Positions 56,388 to 64,000 of a DNA stretch of 64,000 bases are shown in pieces. Each line of letters starts with the position of its first letter. Within the stretch, counting starts at the first letter, position 1. The translations under genes and the position numbers were made by a program. Source of the stretch: Gammaproteobacteria bacterium (lineage in GTDB: Bacteria > Pseudomonadota > Gammaproteobacteria > Pseudomonadales > JADFDG01); the NCBI GenBank assembly GCA_046566505.1, contig JBKHWN010000159.1, positions 4,618-68,617 on the forward strand, given 5' to 3'. The notes below the pieces were generated by a model. The model was not told the origin of the DNA. It did not search any database and was given only the letters and a program-made list of their open reading frames with translations.

Positions 56388-56652
56388 GGACTGGATCTTC
56401 CTGAAATATCAAGTCGGGAAGGCGATATCGAATTCGTCAAGAAAGGACGAATCCACATGGGGCGGCGTATCTTAATGGCGCGTATTCAGTGCGGCAACTG
56501 CAAATGTCGGGTCGCCAATCCGGGGTTTCGATGGTAAAAACCAAACCTCATTTATTTCGCATAATGTATATTATGTTAAATAATACGGTCGTATGCGCAA
56601 ACGGCTTGATTACCGTGTCTCGGCCCACCCGCCGGCCTGGATCAGGCACGAC

Positions 56653-57441
56653 TTATCGCCGGGACGTGCCCGACACCACCTGCTGCTCCAGCCAGGACGA
56701 CAACTGCTGCCGCCCACCCTCAAGAAGGTCGTCGCTGACCGCTTGCCCCAACGCCTCGGCGACCCGGGACAACACGCGTTCACCCGACAATACGGTTGCA
56801 CCCGTTGCGCCGGGGCCATTGCCGTTGTCACGCAGGCTCGCGAACAACAAGGCCGCAGCCTCGTTCAGCACCTGGAACCGGACTACATCCTCACCTGTCC
56901 GCCAGACCAGCAGCCAGGTAACAGCCGGAGCGACCTGTGCATTGGTAGCGGAAACCCGGTGCACCGGCCATTCATATCGGGCAAGGACACTGAGCGGGTT
57001 CACCACCGGCACGCCACGAAGCAGATCGCCCTGCCGGTCACATCCAATCGACGGGATCTCCTCGTCGGCGACATCCAGCACCAACTCCAGCCACTCGTAA
57101 TGCGCCAGATCCCGCAGGTATGGCGGATCGCAGGGACGCCGCTCGTACCCTGACTCCAGAAAGGCAACGAACTCCCCGGCTATTTCCAGGAAATAGGGTG
57201 TTTTGGCGCAATGCCCGGCGTAAAAGGCCCTGACCAGACCCTGCCAGTCTGCCGGGTCATAAAGGCTGCGCAGCACCGGAAAGAAGCCCGACAACAGCCC
57301 CTCCATGTTGGCGAAAAACAACTCGCGGTAGACGGACAGGCGCGCCGGATCAATACCCTGCGGGGGTTCAACACCCTCCGGGTCACGAAGATGCGCAGCC
57401 AGCGCCTGCTGCCGGATCGAGGCCAATGAAGGCTGGCTCAT
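56653..57441 (-). CDS. hvfC: DUF2063-family RiPP maturation partner (HvfC-like)
   Basis: ...[27 protein letters not shown]... is the DUF2063 N-terminal signature. 4-nt overlap with the DUF692 gene. Confidence 0.8.
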   Translation of the reverse strand: MSQPSLASIRQQALAAHLRDPEGVEPPQGIDPARLSVYRELFFANMEGLLSGFFPVLRSLYDPADWQGLVRAFYAGHCAKTPYFLEIAGEFVAFLESGYERRPCDPPYLRDLAHYEWLELVLDVADEEIPSIGCDRQGDLLRGVPVVNPLSVLARYEWPVHRVSATNAQVAPAVTWLLVWRTGEDVVRFQVLNEAAALLFASLRDNGNGPGATGATVLSGERVLSRVAEALGQAVSDDLLEGGRQQLSSWLEQQVVSGTSRR

Positions 57442-58292
57442 GCGATAACTCCCTGGGGCGGACGGCGCTCAAGTGCCGCCACGCCCTGAATCTCACGGAT
57501 ATCACTGACTTCCCGGAGCAGATCCGCAAATGCCGGCAGGTTGAAGTCGCGCTCAAGCAAGGTCGGACGGACACCGTGGCGCTCATAGGTTTTCGCCAGC
57601 AGGGCCCACACCGGCTCGATCACATCCGCACCATGCGTATCGACCTTGAGGTCCGGTGCTTCGTCGTAGTGCCCGGCAATATGCAGGTAGCGAATCCGGT
57701 TCGATGGCAAGGCGCTGATAAACGCCCCTGCATCGTAAGCATGGTTGATGCTGTTGACGTAGACGTTGTTCACGTCGAGCAACAGGTCGCAATCCGCCTC
57801 CTCCAGCACGGCACTCAGGAACTGCAATTCCGTGAGTTCGCCACCGAGTGGCGCGTAGTACGACACATTCTCCATGGCAATGCGCATGCCCAGCAGATCC
57901 TGCACCTGGCGTATGCGCGCCGCAACGTGGTGAACGGCCTCACTGGTGAACGGCAAGGGCATCAGGTCATAGAGATGGCCATCGTCACTGCAGTAACTGA
58001 GGTGCTCGCTGTAGGTGGTGATGCCGTGGGTCGCCATGAACTGCCCCACGGCTGCCACAAGTTCCAGATCCAGCGGATCACGGCTGCCGATGGACAAGGA
58101 AAGCCCGTGCAGCAGGAACGGATAGCGCTCGGTAAGCGCCCGGAACCGGCGGCCAAGGCGGCCGCCGACCCCGATCCAGTTTTCGGGCGCCACTTCAAGA
58201 AAATCCGGCGCGGTCAGTGGCGGGCGGACCTCAAGCAGGTCCTCCATCAATGCCCGCCGCAAGCCAAGACCCGCCCCTGATATTCTCGACAT
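57438..58292 (-). CDS. hvfB: DUF692 / MNIO-family iron enzyme (HvfB-like, MbnB relative)
   Basis: 284 aa. GLGLR..., ...YSEHLS..., ...AMENVSYY..., ...[15 protein letters not shown]..., ...YLHIAGH... and ...TLLERD... are the DUF692 TIM-barrel metal-ligand strands. Confidence 0.85.
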   Translation of the reverse strand: MSRISGAGLGLRRALMEDLLEVRPPLTAPDFLEVAPENWIGVGGRLGRRFRALTERYPFLLHGLSLSIGSRDPLDLELVAAVGQFMATHGITTYSEHLSYCSDDGHLYDLMPLPFTSEAVHHVAARIRQVQDLLGMRIAMENVSYYAPLGGELTELQFLSAVLEEADCDLLLDVNNVYVNSINHAYDAGAFISALPSNRIRYLHIAGHYDEAPDLKVDTHGADVIEPVWALLAKTYERHGVRPTLLERDFNLPAFADLLREVSDIREIQGVAALERRPPQGVIA

Positions 58293-58322
58293 GACTGCCC
58301 CTCCAGACGCTAAGCGATGGTG

Positions 58323-58691
58323 TTATTTCTTGCCGCCACACGCACCCTCGGCAGCTTTGGCACCACCGCATTGGCCTTCCGCAGCCTTCCCTTGGGCAGC
58401 CTTGGCACCACCGCATTTGCCTTCACCGCATTTGCCCTCGCCTGCCTTGGCAGCCGCCTGGTCGGCACCGCACTTGCCTTCACCACATTTTCCTTCGGCA
58501 CGCTTGCCTGCCTTGGCGCCACCACATTTGCCTTCGCCGCACTTGCCTTCGGCCATTGCCGCACCAGCCAGTTGGTAGCCGGCAATCTCCTGAGACTGGA
58601 ACGGGTTGCCGGCAGCCTGGGCGGTCATCGGCAGGGCAAGAGCCAGGACAGACGCACTGGCGAAGGTGCTGAGTGTGGAAACCTTTTTCAT
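58323..58691 (-). CDS. hvfA: Secreted Cys-repeat precursor (HvfA-like oxazolone/thioamide copper-binding RiPP substrate)
   Basis: Start at the ATG at 58691 (MKKVSTLSTFASASVLALALPMTAQA signal peptide). 122 aa with 8 Cys, each in an EG(K/Q/A)CG unit (six EGKCG, one EGQCG, one EGACG). GGAG Shine-Dalgarno. Confidence 0.8.
   Translation of the reverse strand: MKKVSTLSTFASASVLALALPMTAQAAGNPFQSQEIAGYQLAGAAMAEGKCGEGKCGGAKAGKRAEGKCGEGKCGADQAAAKAGEGKCGEGKCGGAKAAQGKAAEGQCGGAKAAEGACGGKK
58338..58550 (-). repeat. Imperfect tandem coding repeats inside hvfA
   Basis: The unit AEGKCGEGKCGGAKA recurs three times, plus two degenerate single units. This generates repetitive ORFs on the opposite strand. Confidence 0.7.
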
Positions 58692-58842
58692 GATGTCGCT
58701 CCGTATGAAGGCCGCCACCCTGGCGACCGTGCTCATTCGACAGGGCGGAATCTGATTTCTTACACCGGATGATTCGGCTGCGTTTTGTAAGACCTGCCCG
58801 GGCGGCGCGTCGAACAATGACACCAACCCTGGAGATATCCCG

Positions 58843-59463
58843 ATGACCACATCAGCAGTCAGGACAACTGTTCGCCTTTACGATGGCCTGCTGACCCGTC
58901 TTTCGCATTTCGACGGGCTCGCGCCGCTGGCACTGAGGCTGTTTCTCGTACCCGTTTTCTGGATGGCCGGGATGCAGAAACTGGAGCATTTCGACAGCAC
59001 TGTGGACTGGTTCGGCAATCCTGACTACGGTCTCGGGCTGCCCCAGCCCTGGCTTATGGCTTTCCTCGCCACGGCCACGGAACTCGCCGGTGCTGTCTTG
59101 CTGACCCTGGGCCTCGCCACCCGCTGGATCGCAATTCCGTTGATGGTCACCATGGTTGTGGCGGCGGCAACCGTGCACTGGGACTTTGGCTGGCAGGCCA
59201 TTGCCGACGCCGGCGCGCCCTTCGCCAATGAGCGCGTGATCGAGGCCGCAGAGAAACTGGATCGGGCTCGCGCCATCCTGCAGGAAAACGGTAATTACGA
59301 ATGGCTCACCAGCAGTGGCTCCTTCGTCATCCTGAACAACGGTATTGAATTCGCCACGACCTATTTCATCATGCTGCTTGCACTTTTCTTCACCGGCGGC
59401 GGTCGTTACACGAGCATGGATTGGGTGATACACCGATATGCACACCGCAACTCATACCGGTAA
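58843..59463 (+). CDS. DoxX-family membrane protein (Hvf-cluster-associated)
   Basis: 206 aa. ...LALRLFLVPVFWMAGMQKL... and ...TELAGAVLLTLGLATRW... are DoxX helices. Divergent from hvfA. Confidence 0.7.
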   Translation: MTTSAVRTTVRLYDGLLTRLSHFDGLAPLALRLFLVPVFWMAGMQKLEHFDSTVDWFGNPDYGLGLPQPWLMAFLATATELAGAVLLTLGLATRWIAIPLMVTMVVAAATVHWDFGWQAIADAGAPFANERVIEAAEKLDRARAILQENGNYEWLTSSGSFVILNNGIEFATTYFIMLLALFFTGGGRYTSMDWVIHRYAHRNSYR

Positions 59464-59501
59464 TACACGACACCACGCTACCTGTAGCAATCCCGATACA
59501 A

Positions 59502-61445
59502 CTACCGCTGCCATACACGGTTGGCTGCCATCAGGTCGTCCGGGCTGCGCCCTCCCTGCCGTCGCAACAGCGGCTTGCCGAAAATCGGCATCGGACTGCG
59601 GCCGGCGCTGTCCCACCAGCCGTCGCCCGCCGCGGCGTCCCAGTCCAGGCCGCCGAGCTTGGCGATTGCAACGAACAAGGAGTCCACCGACGGGTCGACA
59701 GGCCCAGGTTGAAACTTGGGGGGTACCGGCGCGGTGAATCGGTCCGCGTCCGTCTGCTTGCCGGTGAGGAACTGCCACGCCTGGTACACCGGCTGCCGCA
59801 TGACTTCCGCGCGCACCTCGGTGCGCACCTCACGGCGCAAACCCGCCGCCTCCCGCTGCAACCGCTTCAGGTGCCGGGAGTGAGCGTTGTGCAACCAGCG
59901 CATGTCGCGCAGACCCTTGGCTTGCAGATCCTCGACGGCACCGGCCGTGGCGTCTGCGCCCAGCGCCTGGTAGTCAGCGAACTCTGCCGGGCTCATACCA
60001 CCCTGCTCCGGGTTGGCGAACAGCGGCAACATGCTGCGCGCCTGCTGGGCCAGTGCGATCTGTTCCTGTGACGCCAACATCCGGTCGAACACACCGCGCA
60101 CGGTATCGTCCAGTTGGCCGGCCTCGGGGTGCCGCGCGATGAAGGCTTTGACCGACTGGTAGACGCGCAACATCCAGGTGCTGAACCGCTGGAAGTACGG
60201 CTGCAGCGCAAGACTCGGCGCCCGGCCCTCGGCCAGGTAACGCTCGTACATCTCGGCCGTGCGCTCGTGGTGGCCCCGGCGCTCTTCAAAGTCCATCCGG
60301 TGCCAGTCGGTCAACTGCTGGAAAACGTCGCCTTCGATGCCGTGCTTGGTCAGCAGGGCCGACACGTCGGCCAGCAGTTGCTTCTCCCCGGCCGTCAGGG
60401 TGCCGTAACCACCCGGCCCGACGCGGGCCGTGATTTCCGACGCCAGCGCGATGTCGTTCTCGAAGAAGAAGTGCGCCGCCTCGTGCAGGACCGTGGACAG
60501 GTCCGCCCCTTCAAGCAAGGTGATGGTCAGGCTTTCCGGGGAGAACGAACCGCGGGCGCCTTGGAAGAACACCGCTGCCTGGCGCCCGCCGGTACTGGTG
60601 AATGCCTCACCGAACATGCCACCGGTGGCGCCGGTGCTGCGCGTCCAGTGAATGCCCACCTGGTCCCGCTTCTGCCACAGCGACAGTCGCGCGCGGGCAT
60701 CAGCCAGGAGTGGCGTCAACTGGGAGATGGGTAGCGGACGACTGGCGTCCTTCGGGTTGAGCAGGCGGGTCCAGCCGGGCGTCGTGTTGCCCTCGCCGTC
60801 CCGGGCGTAGTCCGCCCAGCCGCGTCGCTGGAACTCCTTGAAGGTATCGCTTTGGGGATCCGGCCCGTTGATGACCAGTTCGCCATCGGCCGCCAGCGTG
60901 ATGACCAGCGCCGGGCTGTCGGTCAACTCCGCTTCGAGTTGCTCCTTGCCGAACACCTCAATGCGCAGGTGCCCGTCCGGGTGGAGCGAATCCGGTTCAA
61001 CTACTTCGGCGTCGACTCGGTATCCACTGAACGCCCCAAGAGGAGTGCTGTCGCTTTCTCGCGACTCTTCCGCCTCTCCTCCGAGCTCATGGGCGGCGCT
61101 TTCGGAAGCTTTGCGTATGCTTCCAAGTAGCCGGGAACCGGTGTAACGCGCTGCCTCTTGGAAAGAGGATAGGAACCCACGTAGGTCTCGTCGAGTCGTA
61201 ACCTGTCTTCCAAGGTCATCTGTGCGAACACTGAACGTGTCATCGATCGTACCCCGCAGTAAATCCGCGTCCTCCTTGGAATACTCCCCCGCAGCCACGT
61301 CGGCGTCAATTTGCGCCATCAGCGCATCGTAGGTTTCTCGCGGGTTTTCCGACGAAGCGTCCTGATTCAGGGTTCGCTCGCCGGTGGGTAGCGTCGCCGC
61401 ACACGGCTGCCGGCTCCAAGCTGGCCCACGGCAACGTGCGCACAC
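59502..61445 (-). CDS. Large hypothetical protein with an HExxH motif (possible metallopeptidase; start uncertain)
   Basis: Long ORF with normal composition. VLHEAAHFFFEND contains HEAAH. Candidate starts are the GTG at 61445 (18-nt overlap with the anti-sigma stop) or the ATG at 61319. The track start at 61547 overlaps the anti-sigma gene by 86 nt. Confidence 0.5.
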   Translation of the reverse strand: MCARCRGPAWSRQPCAATLPTGERTLNQDASSENPRETYDALMAQIDADVAAGEYSKEDADLLRGTIDDTFSVRTDDLGRQVTTRRDLRGFLSSFQEAARYTGSRLLGSIRKASESAAHELGGEAEESRESDSTPLGAFSGYRVDAEVVEPDSLHPDGHLRIEVFGKEQLEAELTDSPALVITLAADGELVINGPDPQSDTFKEFQRRGWADYARDGEGNTTPGWTRLLNPKDASRPLPISQLTPLLADARARLSLWQKRDQVGIHWTRSTGATGGMFGEAFTSTGGRQAAVFFQGARGSFSPESLTITLLEGADLSTVLHEAAHFFFENDIALASEITARVGPGGYGTLTAGEKQLLADVSALLTKHGIEGDVFQQLTDWHRMDFEERRGHHERTAEMYERYLAEGRAPSLALQPYFQRFSTWMLRVYQSVKAFIARHPEAGQLDDTVRGVFDRMLASQEQIALAQQARSMLPLFANPEQGGMSPAEFADYQALGADATAGAVEDLQAKGLRDMRWLHNAHSRHLKRLQREAAGLRREVRTEVRAEVMRQPVYQAWQFLTGKQTDADRFTAPVPPKFQPGPVDPSVDSLFVAIAKLGGLDWDAAAGDGWWDSAGRSPMPIFGKPLLRRQGGRSPDDLMAANRVWQR

Positions 61446-61461
61446 GGCAACGGCAATCCCG

Positions 61462-61665
61462 CTATTCGATGGTCCCCCTGCCGGCATCCTCCGCACGCCT
61501 GGCATATTCGCGCGCAATGTGCCGAAGATCCTGCATGTGCTGGCCACAGTTCCGGCAACCCCTGCACATCATCAGGTGCATGTTGACGCCCATGCGCTCC
61601 CTCACGGTCAGGGGACGATCGAGTGATTCAGACAACAGTTTTGTCGCTTGTTCGCAATTCAGCAT
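61462..61665 (-). CDS. zf-HC2-type anti-sigma factor
   Basis: MLNCEQATKLLSESLDRPL...HLMMCRGCRNC gives an H-x3-C-x2-C zinc motif. 7-nt overlap with the sigma-factor stop. Confidence 0.75.
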   Translation of the reverse strand: MLNCEQATKLLSESLDRPLTVRERMGVNMHLMMCRGCRNCGQHMQDLRHIAREYARRAEDAGRGTIE

Positions 61666-62288
61666 GACACGCCACCTCCGGCAAACCATCTGTTTTCCAG
61701 GCACTCACGCAACCGCAGGCGCGCCCGGTGCAGCATCACGTGAAGATTGCTGGTCGATATGTCCAGCGCCGTGCAGATTTCCCCGGATTCCAGCTCGACG
61801 AATTCACGCATCATGAATACCCGCGCCTGCTTGGGCGGCAGGTTGTCCAGACAAGCCTCGAACACACGCCAGAAATGATCGTCATGAACAGCAGCCTCCG
61901 GTGCCCCCCACGTCACCGGACGCTCCTCGGGCTTCCAGAAACCCTTCTGGTCGAAGACATCGGGTAGTGCATCGCCCTCGTCGTCCATCCTGAGCAGGCT
62001 GCTCGCCGTCACCAGGCGGTTGCGCTGGCGGATCAGGTCGATGATGCGATTCTTGAGGATGGCAAAAACCCACGTCTTCAATGCCGACCGGCCGCCGAAG
62101 GAACCGGCATTGCGCAGTGCCAGTACCAGCGCGTCCTGCACGGCATCTTCCGCAAGGTCAGGGTCCCCGATCTGGATCGTGGCGAACTTGACCATCTGCA
62201 GCCGAAGTTCTTCCAGGAACGCCGGGTCCCGCAGCAACGCCGGGGCACCCTGTGTGTCATTCCGTGTTTGATCCTGTGTGTCAGTCAC
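61659..62288 (-). CDS. ECF (sigma-70 group 4) RNA polymerase sigma factor
   Basis: Region 2 is DAVQDALVLALRN...LKTWVFAILKNRIIDLIR. Region 4 is LPPKQARVFMMREFVELESGEICTALDISTSNLHVMLHRARLRL. GTG start at 62288, 9 nt after GGAGA. Confidence 0.85.
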   Translation of the reverse strand: MTDTQDQTRNDTQGAPALLRDPAFLEELRLQMVKFATIQIGDPDLAEDAVQDALVLALRNAGSFGGRSALKTWVFAILKNRIIDLIRQRNRLVTASSLLRMDDEGDALPDVFDQKGFWKPEERPVTWGAPEAAVHDDHFWRVFEACLDNLPPKQARVFMMREFVELESGEICTALDISTSNLHVMLHRARLRLRECLENRWFAGGGVSC

Positions 62289-62630
62289 CGGGATCGTTCT
62301 CCTTGAGTTCCAGCGGACGTCAACGGACGCTAGCCGGCTTCCGACAGAAACGTCGACATGTTTGCAACGATCGCCGGATGCGGGCGGGCCAGAAGGACAG
62401 TGGCGGGGTTCATGCGGCTGATGAAGTCCGTGACGATTCGGGTTGTTCAGTTTGGACGCGCCCCGCCCGGCTTTACTTACACCAGGTCCACGTCGAATCC
62501 ACAGCACGGGGGCCACCTGCCTGAGACTCCGGCGGCACTCCACCAGGCAATCCGGGCACTGTTGTACCGGTTAACGCACGTTTGGTGCTAGCTTTCCCTG
62601 CCCGACCCGCATTTCGGCAGGAATTCCCGC

Positions 62631-63347
62631 ATGAACAGGCAAGCTCGATTCACCGCCCGGCTGCAAGCCGCAGTCCTGTCACTGGCCATGATCCTGCTGA
62701 CGAGCGTTCCAGCCCACGCAGAGGACGGATGGATGCGCGTCGCATCCGCCCGTGCCGACAACGACGTTTCCCTCTGGACCCGCCACCTGTCGGGACAGCA
62801 GATGAAGCAGTTCCGCGGTGAAACCCACGCCCGGGCGTCGCTTGAGCAGGCGCTGTCGCTGTTTCTGGACATGGACGCCACACCCGGCTGGCTGTACCGG
62901 TGCCAGGAGGCAAAAATCCTCGAGAAGGTCAGCGCCAACGAATACATCGTGCACCTCAAGTTCAACGCCTTCTGGCCTCTGCAGGACCGGGATGCAGTGC
63001 TCAGGATCATGGGTACCCGCCATCCGGGAACCGGCGCCGTGCTCCTGACCGGAACGGCACTGCCGGATTACCTGCCCGCCAGGCCCGACGTCGTGCGGGT
63101 GCCGGCCATCGCCGCGTCGTTCATCCTGGAACCGGTGAAGGAACACAAGTTGCGCCTGGAGATGACCGGTCATTTCGACCCGGGCGGCGTGGTTCCGGTC
63201 TGGATGGCGAACATGGTGGTGACCATCCTGCCCAAGCATTCGCTGAGCATGATGAGCAGCATCCTGGGGGAGTCCTATTACACCGGCACCCGCGCGGAAA
63301 CGGGACGGAAGGCCCTGGCGGAAATCCCCGCCACGCCAACGCCCTGA
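62631..63347 (+). CDS. Secreted START/SRPBCC-like lipid-binding domain protein
   Basis: Signal peptide (...LAMILLTSVPAHA). The ...WPLQDRDAVL...GGVVPVWMANM... pattern is START-like. Confidence 0.55.
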   Translation: MNRQARFTARLQAAVLSLAMILLTSVPAHAEDGWMRVASARADNDVSLWTRHLSGQQMKQFRGETHARASLEQALSLFLDMDATPGWLYRCQEAKILEKVSANEYIVHLKFNAFWPLQDRDAVLRIMGTRHPGTGAVLLTGTALPDYLPARPDVVRVPAIAASFILEPVKEHKLRLEMTGHFDPGGVVPVWMANMVVTILPKHSLSMMSSILGESYYTGTRAETGRKALAEIPATPTP

Positions 63348-63354
63348 CGCCGGA

Positions 63355-64000
63355 CTACCGGCCGGCGTCCGCGACAAACACCGGCTGCAACTGCAGCAGC
63401 ACCCGCCCGGCATAGTCCAGCAGCCCGCGCCCCGCGCCGGGCACCGACGGGCAGTCCGCATCGAACAGTCCGTCCAGGGCCAGCGACGAAAACCCGTGCA
63501 CCACGCTCCATGCCAGCGCCGAGGCTTCGCGGACACGCGCCTCGTCAGGCGGCGCGGCCCGTTGTTCGGCGAGCACCGCGCGCACCGAATTTGTCAGGCG
63601 TCCGTGGCAATCTGCCGCTGCCTGCTGCAGCACGGCGTCACCGGTCCTGTTGGCTTCGATCCGGAACATGAGCCGGTACATGCCGGGGTGGCGCAGCGCG
63701 AAATCGATGTAGGCAACACCCATTGCCGGCAGCATGGCGCGCGGGTCCGGCGCGGCCTCCGCCGCATAGCGGTCCATGAACGCGGAGAGCCGCTCGAAGG
63801 CACGTACCGCGAGCACCGACGTCATCCCGGCGAGGTCCCCGAAATGGTGTGCCGGCGCCGCATGGGACACCCCCGCCTCCCGCGCGCAGGCCCGCAGGGT
63901 GAACTTCTCCAGCCCGTCACGCTCCAGCACGCGCTCGGCAGCCGCCAGCAGTGCCTCGCGCAGGTCGCCATGGTGATAGCGCTGGCGTGCGGCGGCGGCC
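63355..64000 (-). CDS. TetR-family transcriptional regulator (N-terminus beyond the right edge)
   Basis: The reading frame stays open to position 64000 (...RQRYHHGDLREALLAAAERVLERDGLEKFTLRACAREAGVSHAAPAHHF is a TetR HTH). The track's Met at 63930 is internal. Confidence 0.8.
   Translation of the reverse strand, partial: AAAARQRYHHGDLREALLAAAERVLERDGLEKFTLRACAREAGVSHAAPAHHFGDLAGMTSVLAVRAFERLSAFMDRYAAEAAPDPRAMLPAMGVAYIDFALRHPGMYRLMFRIEANRTGDAVLQQAAADCHGRLTNSVRAVLAEQRAAPPDEARVREASALAWSVVHGFSSLALDGLFDADCPSVPGAGRGLLDYAGRVLLQLQPVFVADAGR

Noticed and set aside
58291-58772. Repetitive plus-strand ORFs (APPHLPSPHLPS... and FGTTALAF...) that look like tandem repeats or a CRISPR-like array
   Set aside because: They are the complementary-strand reading of the hvfA EGKCG coding repeats. 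The repeats are imperfect, contiguous and without spacers, so this is not a CRISPR array. No CRISPR array is seen anywhere in the window.
58736-62346. Shared CTGTCG(A/G)A element upstream of hvfA (58736-58743) and of the ECF sigma gene (62339-62346) as an ECF promoter motif
   Set aside because: A 7-of-8 match between two ~150-bp regions is expected several times by chance, by my rough estimate. The spacing to the putative -35-like elements differs by 2 nt. This is not enough evidence.

Overview
High-GC (visually about 60-65%) proteobacterial chromosome segment in two parts. No search tools were available, so family names rest on motif-level recognition and need HMM or structure confirmation.

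**(1) Positions 1 to ~23,520: right-hand part of an integrative genomic island.**
- Its right end carries a P4-type tyrosine integrase (22000-23349) next to a tRNA-Leu(UAA)-like att remnant (23502-23587).
- The cargo is a dense defence island. It holds a partial Wadjet operon (jetA, jetB and the jetC 5' end).
- It also holds a compact ~9.6 kb type I R-M operon, in transcription order: half-hsdS, hsdM, rhuM, hsdS, 2TM/SLATT-like gene, SMODS-type nucleotidyltransferase, hsdR, M48/DUF45 peptidase.
- A second, unrelated SLATT-like + SMODS/AGS-C nucleotidyltransferase pair diverges from that operon.
- An ICE-like maintenance module follows: YqaJ exonuclease with a Cys-cluster partner, XRE regulator, DUF932, RadC, VbhA-like antitoxin, and a three-gene overlapping operon with a DUF692/xylose-isomerase-like TIM-barrel protein.
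- The two NTase + 2TM pairs, one nested inside and one abutting the R-M operon, are my best candidate for an undescribed composite system.

**(2) Positions ~23,600 to 64,000: core chromosome.**
- tRNA-Pro(CGG), CoA/fatty-acid enzymes, a CBS histidine kinase with a dual-receiver regulator, Prc protease, a Lon-like protease, and ClsB-like PLD.
- A contiguous microaerobic block: fnr, hemN, TauE-like gene, ccoS, ccoI, ccoH, ccoG, ccoP, ccoQ, ccoO, ccoN.
- Directly beside it, an HvfABC/DoxX-type MNIO RiPP copper-peptide cluster. An ECF sigma / zf-HC2 anti-sigma pair and an unusual ~650-aa HExxH protein lie nearby.

No rRNA, CRISPR array or IS element was found. Many long antisense ORFs in the track are GC-frame artefacts.
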